Shown: positions 27,323 through 35,874, counted from the stretch's first letter. The stretch: DNA of 64,000 nucleotides from a virus (IMGVR_UViG_3300042544_000912:66899-130898), one strand, 5' to 3'. Numbers and translations: made by a program. The notes: generated by a model from the letters alone, not told the origin.

Positions 27323-27691
27323 ATGATTATGTTTAAGTCTATTGTTTCTAGTATTGTTGCTATCAGTGTTCTTGCTACTCCTGTAGTAGCAGAAGCCAAG
27401 GGTCGTGGTGAACACCGCAGTGAACGCCACGAGCGCAAGCGCGGCAATCATATTAATACCGGAGAAGCTATTGCTATCGGTCTTGGTGCCTTTATTCTCG
27501 GTGCTGCTATTAAAAACAACAATAGCCGCGACGAGGAAGTTGAGCGCGAAGTTTATGACCGCGAGTATGAATATCACTATCGCAACCGTGATTCATATTA
27601 TCGCCGTGACCGCAACTGCCGCACCACAGAAGTTACTGAATATGACTACTACGGCAATCGATATATTCGCCGTGAGCGCCGTTGTTTCTAA
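27323..27691 (+). CDS. Exported/membrane hypothetical protein of bacterial type
   Basis: Signal peptide ending AEA, Arg/His-rich linker, glycine-zipper-like GEAIAIGLGAFILGAAI, Tyr/Arg-rich C-terminus; SD GGAG favours start 27323 or 27329. Confidence 0.7.
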   Translation: MIMFKSIVSSIVAISVLATPVVAEAKGRGEHRSERHERKRGNHINTGEAIAIGLGAFILGAAIKNNNSRDEEVEREVYDREYEYHYRNRDSYYRRDRNCRTTEVTEYDYYGNRYIRRERRCF

Positions 27692-27745
27692 AAGAATCGC
27701 TTGACATTTGGTCGCGAATCGACTATAGTAAATAATGTGATTGAT
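27692..27745 (+). repeat. 54-bp promoter cassette, copy 1 (TTGACA-17-TATAGT, two GAATC sites)
   Basis: 52/54 identical to 29980-30033 by manual alignment. Confidence 0.9.
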
Positions 27746-27761
27746 TGATTGATGAGGTTTT

Positions 27762-29981
27762 GTGATGTCCCAGTTTGCTGAAAAGTCGATTCTCGCCAAG
27801 TTGTTGGCGACCGAAAATATCCACGTAGAACACCAGAAGACAAGTACCGCTTACTTCAATCTGGAGACCCGCACGGTCGTGCTGCCGATCTTCAAAGAAA
27901 CTTCGGCTGACCTTTATGACCTGCTTATCGGCCACGAAGTTGGTCACGCTCTCGAAACGCCTGCCGAGGGCTGGCACTCCAGCATCTCTGAGAAGGGTGT
28001 AGGCTTCAAGTCTTTCCTCAACATCATTGAAGATGCTCGTATCGAACGTAAGATGAAGACCCGTTATCCTGGTCTTCGTCGGTCGTTCTACAATGGTTAC
28101 CAAGAACTCTTCGAAAAGAATTTCTTCGGTGTCGAAGGCATGGATGTCAATAAGCTAAAGTTTATTGACCGCATCAACCTTCACGCCAAAGTCGGTTCGT
28201 TTTTGAACGTCAAGTTCTCGGAAGAAGAGCAAGCGATTGTCAATCGTCTTGACGACCTGAACACCTGGGAAGATGTGGTCGCTTTGGCTAGCGAACTCTA
28301 TGACCGCGCCGAAAATTCCACCGAAGAACTTGACTTCGAAAATTTTCTGAACCAGTTTGAAATGTCGGAAGATAGTGACGGTGAATTCGACCCGTCTGCC
28401 GACTACGTTGAAGTTCCTAATTCAGAAAAGTCCGACGCTAAGGACGAACCCAATTCACCTTCTCCTAAAGGTCAGAAGTCGGAAGACGAGACCGAAGAGT
28501 CGAAGTCATCTTCTTCGGATGATGCCGAAGACAAGACCAAAGAAGAGAAGGACGATGGTTCATCTGAGGACAGCAAGTCCGAGGACAGCAAGGAAGAAAG
28601 TCCTGAGCCAACTTCGTTCACCGATGAAAACTTTCGCCGGAACGAGGATAGTTTGCTTGATGCAAACGCCCGTGAGACGTTCTATGCCAAACTTCCTGTT
28701 CTGAACCCTGCCGATTTTATTGTTGGTATCAATACTATCGAAAAGATGTTGGCGTTCTCTGTCGGTGGCGCGGCCAGTCGCGCTGGTAAAACTGTCGAAC
28801 AGGTCAAGATGGAACTCTACAAGGACTTTCTTGCCAAGAACAGCAAGTACCTCAGTGCAATGGCACAGGACTTCGAACGTAAGAAGAAAGCCAAGTCACT
28901 TATGCGCGCCCAGACTTCCAAGACTGGTCGCATCAACATGGACAAGGTTTGGGCTTACAAGATTACCGAAGACTTGTTTCTCCAGAACACGGTTGTTCCC
29001 AACGGTCAGAACCACGGTATGCTTCTGTACCTCGATATGTCGGGTAGCATGTCTACTAACATGGCTGGTACCATGGAGCAGCTGGTTCTTCTGGCTTCGT
29101 TCTGCCAGAAAGTCCGCATTCCGTTCGAAGTTTATGGCTTCATCACGAACAGCGGTGCTCCACACTCATATTACGATACATTGCGTAGCCGTAATAACTA
29201 TTCTGACCCCAAGAATCTAGTGATTTCTGATGGTAGTTTCCGTATGCTCCAGCTTGTAACCACTGGCGTTTCTGGTGGTAAGTTCAAGACCCAGATGGCA
29301 AATCTTCTGGCTCTTGGCAATACTTATAGTCGCAACTACGCCGACCTGTATCTGGACCGTCCAGCTGCAAATGCTTTCGGCCTTGGTAGCACTCCTCTGG
29401 AAGAAGCCATTCTACTCGGCCGCTACATTGCCGAAGACTTCAAGGTGCGCAACCGCGTTGAGGTTCTCTCGTCGGTATTTCTCACCGATGGTGATGGCGA
29501 TTGTAACTTTGAAACCGTTGGTCCTAACGACCATTATCGCAAGAACCTAGCGATTGTTGACTCTAAGACTCGTCGCACCTTTACGCAGCCACATGATAGC
29601 AGCGGTAGCTATCGCAGTAAGTCTTATTGCAAGGCTCTTCTGGATCTTTATCGTAACACCACTGGTTCGCGGATGATTAACTTCTATCTGCTTGGTTCAT
29701 ACGATTTGAAGTATTTCTTGGCCCGCTCTCCTATCACTGGCACAGCGAACGAAGCCGCCAAGAAAGCCTTCAAGAAGGAAGGTGCGGCACTTCTCAAGGA
29801 CATCAATGGCTTTGATGACCAGTTCTTGATTAAGGCTGGTGCTAGCCTTCAAGTCACGGAAGATACACTGACTGTGGACTCCAACGACAAGAAGGAATTG
29901 ACTAAGGCTTTCAAGGCTTTTCAAGATAAAAAGTCTATTGGTCGTGTGATTCTTACGAAAATGGTTGATGCTGTGGCGTAA
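27762..29981 (+). CDS. HExxH metallopeptidase-like domain plus C-terminal vWA domain (CobT-like)
   Basis: HEVGHALET zincin motif, acidic linker, MIDAS YLDMSGSM, STPL and FLTDGDG. Confidence 0.85.
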   Translation: MMSQFAEKSILAKLLATENIHVEHQKTSTAYFNLETRTVVLPIFKETSADLYDLLIGHEVGHALETPAEGWHSSISEKGVGFKSFLNIIEDARIERKMKTRYPGLRRSFYNGYQELFEKNFFGVEGMDVNKLKFIDRINLHAKVGSFLNVKFSEEEQAIVNRLDDLNTWEDVVALASELYDRAENSTEELDFENFLNQFEMSEDSDGEFDPSADYVEVPNSEKSDAKDEPNSPSPKGQKSEDETEESKSSSSDDAEDKTKEEKDDGSSEDSKSEDSKEESPEPTSFTDENFRRNEDSLLDANARETFYAKLPVLNPADFIVGINTIEKMLAFSVGGAASRAGKTVEQVKMELYKDFLAKNSKYLSAMAQDFERKKKAKSLMRAQTSKTGRINMDKVWAYKITEDLFLQNTVVPNGQNHGMLLYLDMSGSMSTNMAGTMEQLVLLASFCQKVRIPFEVYGFITNSGAPHSYYDTLRSRNNYSDPKNLVISDGSFRMLQLVTTGVSGGKFKTQMANLLALGNTYSRNYADLYLDRPAANAFGLGSTPLEEAILLGRYIAEDFKVRNRVEVLSSVFLTDGDGDCNFETVGPNDHYRKNLAIVDSKTRRTFTQPHDSSGSYRSKSYCKALLDLYRNTTGSRMINFYLLGSYDLKYFLARSPITGTANEAAKKAFKKEGAALLKDINGFDDQFLIKAGASLQVTEDTLTVDSNDKKELTKAFKAFQDKKSIGRVILTKMVDAVA

Positions 29982-30033
29982 GAATCACTTGACATTTGGT
30001 CGCGAATCGACTATAGTGAATAATGTGATTGAT
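29980..30033 (+). repeat. 54-bp promoter cassette, copy 2
   Basis: TTGACA 29989-29994, TATAGT 30012-30017, GAATC at 29982 and 30004. Confidence 0.9.
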
Positions 30034-30063
30034 GATGTTTGTTTGTGAAAAGGTGATTTTGTT

Positions 30064-31230
30064 ATGACTATTGGTACCCGTGAAGACCTGCTTGCTGCCC
30101 TTCGTGCCGCTGATACGAATGGTGGTGTTTTTCGTAAGAAGGATGTTTTTGCCATCGCCCACCCAATGGGCATTGAGAAGTTGAATTGGCTCCTCTCGAA
30201 GGAGAATGTCGTTTCTCGTGGTGTTTACAATCTCTCGGCAGAAATGGCTGGTGTGGCACCCGCTGCACCCAAGCCTCGGCCTGTCGCTGAGATTGTCTCG
30301 AAGCCCGTTGCTAAGACGGTAATCCAACCTAAGCTGGAAGTCATTGTGGACAACCTGGTTCCTCGTCTTGATGCGACCTACGTTCCGTTTGGCTTTTACG
30401 CGGACCTTACCAAGGTTCTCAAGGCAGAAGCCTTCTATCCTACGTTCATCTCTGGTCTGTCTGGTAACGGTAAGACTACGATGGTCGAACAGGCTTGCGC
30501 TAAGTTGAAGCGCGAATGCCTTCGCGTCAACATCTCGGTAGAAACCGATGAAGATGACCTGATTGGTGGCAACACCCTTGTCGATGGTAACGTAGTGTAC
30601 CGCGAAGGTCCTGTCCTCACTGCCATGAAGCGTGGTGCAATTCTTATTCTTGATGAAATCGACCGCGGGTCGAATAAGTTGATGTGCATCCAGGCTATTC
30701 TGGAAGGCAAGCCTTACTTCAATAAGAAGACTGGCGAGACTGTCTTCCCCGCTAAGGGCTTCAACGTGATTGCAACGGCTAACACCAAGGGTCGTGGTTC
30801 CGACGACGGTAAGTTCATCTCAGCCCAGATTCTTGATGACGCCTTCCTTGAGCGTTTCGCCATCACAGTCGAGCAAGAATACCCATCGGCCAAGGTCGAA
30901 AAGAAGATTGTCATGAACAAGATGGAAAAGGCTGGTGCGATTGATGAAGAATTCGCCGACAACCTTGTTACTTGGGCTGAAATCATCCGTAAGACTTTCT
31001 ACGATGGTGGTATTGACGACCTGATTTCTACTCGCCGTCTGGAACACATTGTCAACGCCTTCGCCATGTTCAAGTCTCGCCAAAAGGCAGTTGAACTCTG
31101 CGTTAACCGCTTTGATGCTGATACCAAGTCGGCGTTCCTCGACCTCTACACCAAGGTCGATGCCAAGGTAGATACTGGCCCTACCGATAACGTCAATGAA
31201 GACGCATTTTTTGAAGAAACCCCATTCTAA
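30064..31230 (+). CDS. MoxR/CobS-like AAA+ ATPase
   Basis: GLSGNGKT Walker A, LILDEID Walker B, ATANTKG, AFLERF and STRRL motifs; follows its vWA partner. Confidence 0.9.
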   Translation: MTIGTREDLLAALRAADTNGGVFRKKDVFAIAHPMGIEKLNWLLSKENVVSRGVYNLSAEMAGVAPAAPKPRPVAEIVSKPVAKTVIQPKLEVIVDNLVPRLDATYVPFGFYADLTKVLKAEAFYPTFISGLSGNGKTTMVEQACAKLKRECLRVNISVETDEDDLIGGNTLVDGNVVYREGPVLTAMKRGAILILDEIDRGSNKLMCIQAILEGKPYFNKKTGETVFPAKGFNVIATANTKGRGSDDGKFISAQILDDAFLERFAITVEQEYPSAKVEKKIVMNKMEKAGAIDEEFADNLVTWAEIIRKTFYDGGIDDLISTRRLEHIVNAFAMFKSRQKAVELCVNRFDADTKSAFLDLYTKVDAKVDTGPTDNVNEDAFFEETPF

Positions 31231-31239
31231 GGAGAACCT

Positions 31240-31734
31240 ATGACAATTAAGTATAAGTATAACGAAGGTGACCTGCTTCGGCAGGTTACCGAATACGTGA
31301 ATTCAACGTATGACCAACATTACTCCCAGACCAAGTTCCAAGCTACCGAATTCATTATTGATGGTGGTCATGGCGTAGGCTTTACGATTGGAAATATCAT
31401 GAAGTATGCCCAGCGTTACAGTCATAAGGGAACGCCCGAAGATTGGCGTAAGGACCTCATGAAGGTCATTCACTATGCCATCATTGCTCTACATGTTCAT
31501 GATAAAGCACAACAGCCTAGTCTAGCAGACCTTTTCAAAGATGCCAAGATAGAACCTGTTACTTTAACTGGTGTATTGCCAACTACGATATCTGGTGGTA
31601 CGATTTCTGCTACTTTGCCCACCCCTACCCCCGACTGGTCAACATATAATATGGGTACCACTTCTCTCTTGACAACTGACACAAATTCTAGTATAACTGT
31701 TACTGGTACTAAGACCAAAAAGAAAAAAGGTTAA
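31240..31734 (+). CDS. DUF3310-like hypothetical protein with Thr-rich tail
   Basis: YKYNEG...HYS...GFTIGNIMKYAQRY...KDLMKVIHYA pattern. Confidence 0.65.
   Translation: MTIKYKYNEGDLLRQVTEYVNSTYDQHYSQTKFQATEFIIDGGHGVGFTIGNIMKYAQRYSHKGTPEDWRKDLMKVIHYAIIALHVHDKAQQPSLADLFKDAKIEPVTLTGVLPTTISGGTISATLPTPTPDWSTYNMGTTSLLTTDTNSSITVTGTKTKKKKG
31669..31697 (+). promoter_or_regulatory. sigma70-type promoter TTGACA-17-TATAAC
   Basis: Inside the 3' end of the previous ORF, upstream of gp45. Confidence 0.7.
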
Positions 31735-31740
31735 TATATT

Positions 31741-32400
31741 ATGAAAATTTCCAACGAAACACTTTCCCTTCTCAAGAACTACGCTGGCATCAATACAAAT
31801 ATTCTGTTTCGGCAGGGTAATGTTATTGGTACCGTAAGTCCTGGGAAGAACATCTTTTCACGCGCCACGGTCACTGAAACCTTTCCGCGTGAAATTGCCG
31901 TCTATGACCTGAACAGCCTTCTGGCACTTCTGACCCTTATGGAAGATCAGGACGTAGATTTTGGCGAGAACAGCATCAAGGTTAGTAAGGATGGGTCGAA
32001 GTTCGAATACTTCTATTCTGATCCTGGCACCGTGACCGCTGCTCCCGACAAGAACCTTGAGATTGAACCTGTGTGGTCGTTCGATCTTTCATCGGATGAA
32101 ATCAGTATGATTCTCCGCGCCGCATCAATCACCTCGGCACCAATCATCAGCATTGTATCGGATGGCGCCCAGGTTCAACTCAAGGTTGGCGACCCCACCA
32201 ATTCATCGGCAAACTCCTACACTAAGACTATCAGCACCGATGCTGCTCCTGTGTTTGATTGTCGAGTGAAGACCGAGAACCTCAAGGTCCTGTCTGATAA
32301 CTACACTGTCACGCTTGGTAAGAAGCGCGCCATGGAGTTTAAGAGTAAGGGTCGTGAACTCGTTTATTATATTGCCATGGACCCTGCGTCCTCTATCTAA
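31741..32400 (+). CDS. gp45: Sliding clamp gp45
   Basis: MKISNETLSLLKNYAGINTNILF, IAVYDLNSLL and YFYSDP motifs. Confidence 0.9.
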   Translation: MKISNETLSLLKNYAGINTNILFRQGNVIGTVSPGKNIFSRATVTETFPREIAVYDLNSLLALLTLMEDQDVDFGENSIKVSKDGSKFEYFYSDPGTVTAAPDKNLEIEPVWSFDLSSDEISMILRAASITSAPIISIVSDGAQVQLKVGDPTNSSANSYTKTISTDAAPVFDCRVKTENLKVLSDNYTVTLGKKRAMEFKSKGRELVYYIAMDPASSI

Positions 32401-32411
32401 GGTGATATAAT

Positions 32412-32642
32412 ATGATTGTGACCTATCTGCCATGGCTAATGTCTTGTCTGACAATTTGGATGACACTACTTGCTGGAAACAACCATCCACGTGCCTGGGC
32501 AGTAGGTCTAGTCAATCAAGTGTTTTGGGTGACATGGATTATTGCTAGTCAAACTTGGGGATTAATTCCTATGAGTATTGCACTAGGTATTGTTTATGCA
32601 CGTAATCACTTCAAGTGGAATCCGACAGAAGATATTAAGTAA
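32412..32642 (+). CDS. Small multi-TM membrane protein
   Basis: Three hydrophobic Trp-rich segments; PnuC/SemiSWEET-half-like size. Confidence 0.6.
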   Translation: MIVTYLPWLMSCLTIWMTLLAGNNHPRAWAVGLVNQVFWVTWIIASQTWGLIPMSIALGIVYARNHFKWNPTEDIK

Positions 32643-32660
32643 AATTTAAGGAGATATAAT

Positions 32661-32828
32661 ATGACTAAGTTTGAATTTACCTTTAATGCCCGCATCCCTT
32701 ATGATGCAGAAGAAGACCCTCGCGATGTAACCATTGCGTTTACCACGGGTGACCTTGATGAAGTTGTTCGCCAGTTCAACAAGCTCCTCATTCTTAATGA
32801 TTTCGACGCACAGGTGGCGATTGTATAA
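32661..32828 (+). CDS. Small hypothetical protein (55 aa, not in the ORF track)
   Basis: MTKFEFTFNARIPYDAEEDPRDVTIAF... translated by hand; strong SD AAGGAG; stop overlaps the next ATG. Confidence 0.7.
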   Translation: MTKFEFTFNARIPYDAEEDPRDVTIAFTTGDLDEVVRQFNKLLILNDFDAQVAIV

Positions 32829-33412
32829 TGGCTGAGAAGTTTAAAATTAAGCACAAATGGGATGATGAAGCAAGCGAACAGGAACTACCTGAGATTGTTC
32901 CTGCTGTAGTCTTTAAGACCCGTGTCCGCGATAACTCAATTGAAGGTCCAAATCCATTCCGTTGGGAAGATAAGACAACCTATGATTACTTTGCTGGTAA
33001 GCGTGTAGTTCTGTTCTCTCTTCCTGGTGCATTCACACCGACATGTTCTACCATGCAACTTCCTGGTTTCGAACAGAACTTCGCGGAGTTTAAGGCCCTC
33101 GGTATCAAGGACATCTACTGTGTATCTGTCAATGATTCGTTTGTCATGAATTGCTGGGCCAAAGATCAGAAGATTAAGAAGGTCAAGATGATTCCTGATG
33201 GTTCTGCTAAGTTCACTGGTAAGATGAAAATGCTTGTGGAAAAAGACAACCTTGGTTTTGGTCATCGTTCGTGGCGCTATGCATGTGTTGTGAACAACGG
33301 TCAGATTGAGAAGTGGTTCATTGAAGGTGATGTTGTTGAAGATAACATCGATTCAGATCCTTATGGTGTAACTTCACCTGAGAATATTCTTGACTGGTTG
33401 CGCAACAACTGA
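32828..33412 (+). CDS. Peroxiredoxin (Prx5/redoxin family)
   Basis: FSLPGAFTPTCS peroxidatic motif, SVNDSFVM, IPDGS and RSWRYA. Confidence 0.92.
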   Translation: MAEKFKIKHKWDDEASEQELPEIVPAVVFKTRVRDNSIEGPNPFRWEDKTTYDYFAGKRVVLFSLPGAFTPTCSTMQLPGFEQNFAEFKALGIKDIYCVSVNDSFVMNCWAKDQKIKKVKMIPDGSAKFTGKMKMLVEKDNLGFGHRSWRYACVVNNGQIEKWFIEGDVVEDNIDSDPYGVTSPENILDWLRNN

Positions 33413-33490
33413 TATAGTGAATGCTGGTCACTAAGCCAGAGTCCGTGGATGCACTAACATCGCGACGGACATTTTATTTTATTATGGAGA

Positions 33491-34429
33491 ATGAATATGC
33501 GTGAAGACTTCCTCTGGGTTGAGAAGTATCGTCCTCGTAAGCTGGACGATTGTATCCTTCCCGACGAACAACTGAATACCTTTCGCCAGTTTGTGGCGAC
33601 TGGTGAGATTCCCAATATGCTCCTCTGTGGTTCGGCTGGTGTAGGTAAGACTACCATCGCCCGAGCCATTTGTGAGGAACTGGGGTGTGACTATATCGTT
33701 ATCAACGGTTCAGAAGAATCTGGTATCGATGTTCTGCGCACCAAGATTCGAGAGTTTGCATCCTCTGTCTCGTTTAGCGGCAAGACTAAGGTTGTCATTC
33801 TAGACGAAGCTGATTATCTAAATCCAAACTCTACACAGCCAGCCCTTCGTGCCTTCATTGAAGAGTTTGCCAACAACTGCCGCTTCATCTTTACCTGTAA
33901 CTTCAAGAATCGCATCATTGCACCTCTGCATAGTCGGACTGCGGTGATTGAATTCAAGTTGACTAAGGCTGACCGACCCAAGATGGCTGGTCGTTTCATG
34001 AAGCGCCTCGGTGACATTCTTGAAGCCGAGAATGTGCAGTATGATGACAAGGTTGTAGCCGAAGTCCTCAAGAAGCACTTCCCTGATTATCGCCGTGTTC
34101 TTAATGAACTCCAGCGTTACAGCGTAAGTGGTACTATCGATGCTGGCATTCTAGCCAATGTCCAAGAAATCAACATGAAAGAACTGGTCGATGCCCTGCG
34201 TGGTAAAGACTTCAAGAAGGTCCGTCAGTGGGTCGTAGATAATATCGATAACGATTCCGGTATCATCTTCCGCAAGATTTATGATACCCTTCTTGATGAT
34301 GTTAAATATCCTGCGGCTCTTATCGTTCTCTTGGCCGACTATCAATACAAGTCTGCTTTCGCTACCAATCAAGAAATCAATCTCGTAGCCTGTCTGGTTG
34401 AGATTATGGCTGGAGTGGAGTGGAAGTAA
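33491..34429 (+). CDS. gp44: Clamp loader large subunit gp44
   Basis: LWVEKYRP, GSAGVGKTT, ILDEAD and SRT motifs. Confidence 0.95.
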   Translation: MNMREDFLWVEKYRPRKLDDCILPDEQLNTFRQFVATGEIPNMLLCGSAGVGKTTIARAICEELGCDYIVINGSEESGIDVLRTKIREFASSVSFSGKTKVVILDEADYLNPNSTQPALRAFIEEFANNCRFIFTCNFKNRIIAPLHSRTAVIEFKLTKADRPKMAGRFMKRLGDILEAENVQYDDKVVAEVLKKHFPDYRRVLNELQRYSVSGTIDAGILANVQEINMKELVDALRGKDFKKVRQWVVDNIDNDSGIIFRKIYDTLLDDVKYPAALIVLLADYQYKSAFATNQEINLVACLVEIMAGVEWK

Positions 34430-34884
34430 TGGATGGTATTCTAGAGGGTCTTGGTGATCCAAAGGTAGAATATAAGCCAGAAGATTATGTAGAGAAAAAA
34501 GCTAAGATTTCTCCCTTTGATTTCATCAACGATATTAACCATAAGAAGACCAATCTCATAGTAGATGATTGGTCAGAGAAACAATACAACCCTTGGATTA
34601 TCAATCGTGGGCTGAGTTTCAGTGCCGATACTGTTATTCCAGCCAACGAGATGAACTGCCGTCCACACCTTGACAAAGCTCTGCAAAATACTTTTCTTAT
34701 AAATACAATTAGGTCTAGAAAGCGTTTTGATAAATGGATCAAAATCGAAGACGATGCCGAAGTTGAGATGATAAAGGAGTATTATGGCTATAGCAATGAA
34801 AAGGCTAGTCAAGCTCTTACAATTCTCTCCGAAGAACAAAAAAAATATATAAAAGAGAAATTGTATAAAGGTGGTAGAAAATGA
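34429..34884 (+). CDS. gp62: Clamp loader small subunit gp62
   Basis: YNPWIINRGLS, ANEMN and KEYYGYSNEKA motifs; lies between gp44 and regA. Confidence 0.88.
   Translation: MDGILEGLGDPKVEYKPEDYVEKKAKISPFDFINDINHKKTNLIVDDWSEKQYNPWIINRGLSFSADTVIPANEMNCRPHLDKALQNTFLINTIRSRKRFDKWIKIEDDAEVEMIKEYYGYSNEKASQALTILSEEQKKYIKEKLYKGGRK
34698..34705 (+). promoter_or_regulatory. T4-type late promoter TATAAATA inside gp62
   Basis: Exact consensus upstream of regA. Confidence 0.55.
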
Positions 34885-35297
34885 GCGAAGATTTTTTTGA
34901 TATTAACTATCCAGGGTATGCACCCTTGGAAGTTAAGTTGGAGAATCCAGACGACTTTCTAAAGGTTCGTGAAACTCTTTCACGTATTGGGGTAGCGTCT
35001 CGTAAGGATAAGATTCTTTATCAGTCATGCCATATCCTTCATAAGCAGGGTAGGTATTTTATTGTTCACTTTAAGGAACTCTTTGCCCTAGATGGTAAAG
35101 ATGCGGACTTTAGTGACAATGACTTGCAACGTAGAAATACCGTTGCGCATCTGCTTTCGGATTGGGGTTTAATTACTATTCTCAATCCAGAAATTCATGA
35201 GGACAAAGCTCCTCTAAATCAAATCAAAGTAATTGCTCACAAAGAAAAGAACGACTGGGAACTTATCCAAAAGTATAACATCGGTCGTAAAAAGTAA
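34881..35297 (+). CDS. regA: Translational repressor RegA
   Basis: DDFLKVRETLSRIGVAS, LYQSCHILHKQGRYFIVHFKELFALDG. Confidence 0.95.
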   Translation: MSEDFFDINYPGYAPLEVKLENPDDFLKVRETLSRIGVASRKDKILYQSCHILHKQGRYFIVHFKELFALDGKDADFSDNDLQRRNTVAHLLSDWGLITILNPEIHEDKAPLNQIKVIAHKEKNDWELIQKYNIGRKK

Positions 35298-35328
35298 TTG
35301 ACTTTCTTCTAAAAGTATAGTATAAATA
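35298..35328 (+). promoter_or_regulatory. Dual promoter: TTGACT-17-TATAAA whose -10 is also late TATAAATA
   Basis: -35 at 35298-35303; TATAAATA at 35321-35328. Confidence 0.75.
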
Positions 35329-35330
35329 AA

Positions 35331-35362
35331 GTGTGTCATGCTTCGGATGACACACTTTTTTT
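35331..35362 (+). terminator. Terminator-like hairpin in the hsp20 leader
   Basis: GTGTGTCAT-G-C(TTCG)G-ATGACACAC followed by T7. Confidence 0.65.
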
Positions 35363-35385
35363 AACTCGCTTAATAGGAGCAAAAT

Positions 35386-35874
35386 ATGAAATTTGATACA
35401 GTAAATCTTCCACACATGGACCGTTATTTTGTAGGCGCTGACCGCGTCATGAAGAGATTAGCAGACATTGCTGATCAATCAACGCAAATGATGCCTATTA
35501 AATATCCCCCATACAATATCAAGAAGGTCGATGAAAGTCGCTACGTAATCGAACTAGCCGTGGCTGGTTTTGGTAAGACAGATATTGATATTGAATTGCA
35601 AGAGGGTAAGTTGTCCATTCAAGGGAAGTGTGACTCGTCTGACGCCTCTGAATATCTCTACAAGGGAATTGCCGAGCGCGGATTCAAACGTGAATTCACT
35701 CTCGCGGATAACGTCGAGGTAAAGAGTTCGTCTCTTGTTAATGGTATGCTAAAGATCTTTCTTGAAGCATTCATTCCAGAAGAGAAGAGACCAAAGAAAA
35801 TCGACATTAGCGACGGTGATAATGAATATCCATCGCAAGCTGCCGAATTCTTGGCAGAAGGTAAAACTAAGTAA
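35386..35874 (+). CDS. hsp20: Small heat shock protein
   Basis: YPPYNI, IELAVAGF, YLYKGIAERGFKREFTLAD and NGMLKI alpha-crystallin motifs. Confidence 0.93.
   Translation: MKFDTVNLPHMDRYFVGADRVMKRLADIADQSTQMMPIKYPPYNIKKVDESRYVIELAVAGFGKTDIDIELQEGKLSIQGKCDSSDASEYLYKGIAERGFKREFTLADNVEVKSSSLVNGMLKIFLEAFIPEEKRPKKIDISDGDNEYPSQAAEFLAEGKTK

Noticed and set aside
27762-31230. Cobalamin biosynthesis genes cobT/cobS
   Set aside because: Motifs fit a generic vWA plus MoxR AAA+ pair; no cobN or other cob genes; the vWA protein has a peptidase-like N-terminus
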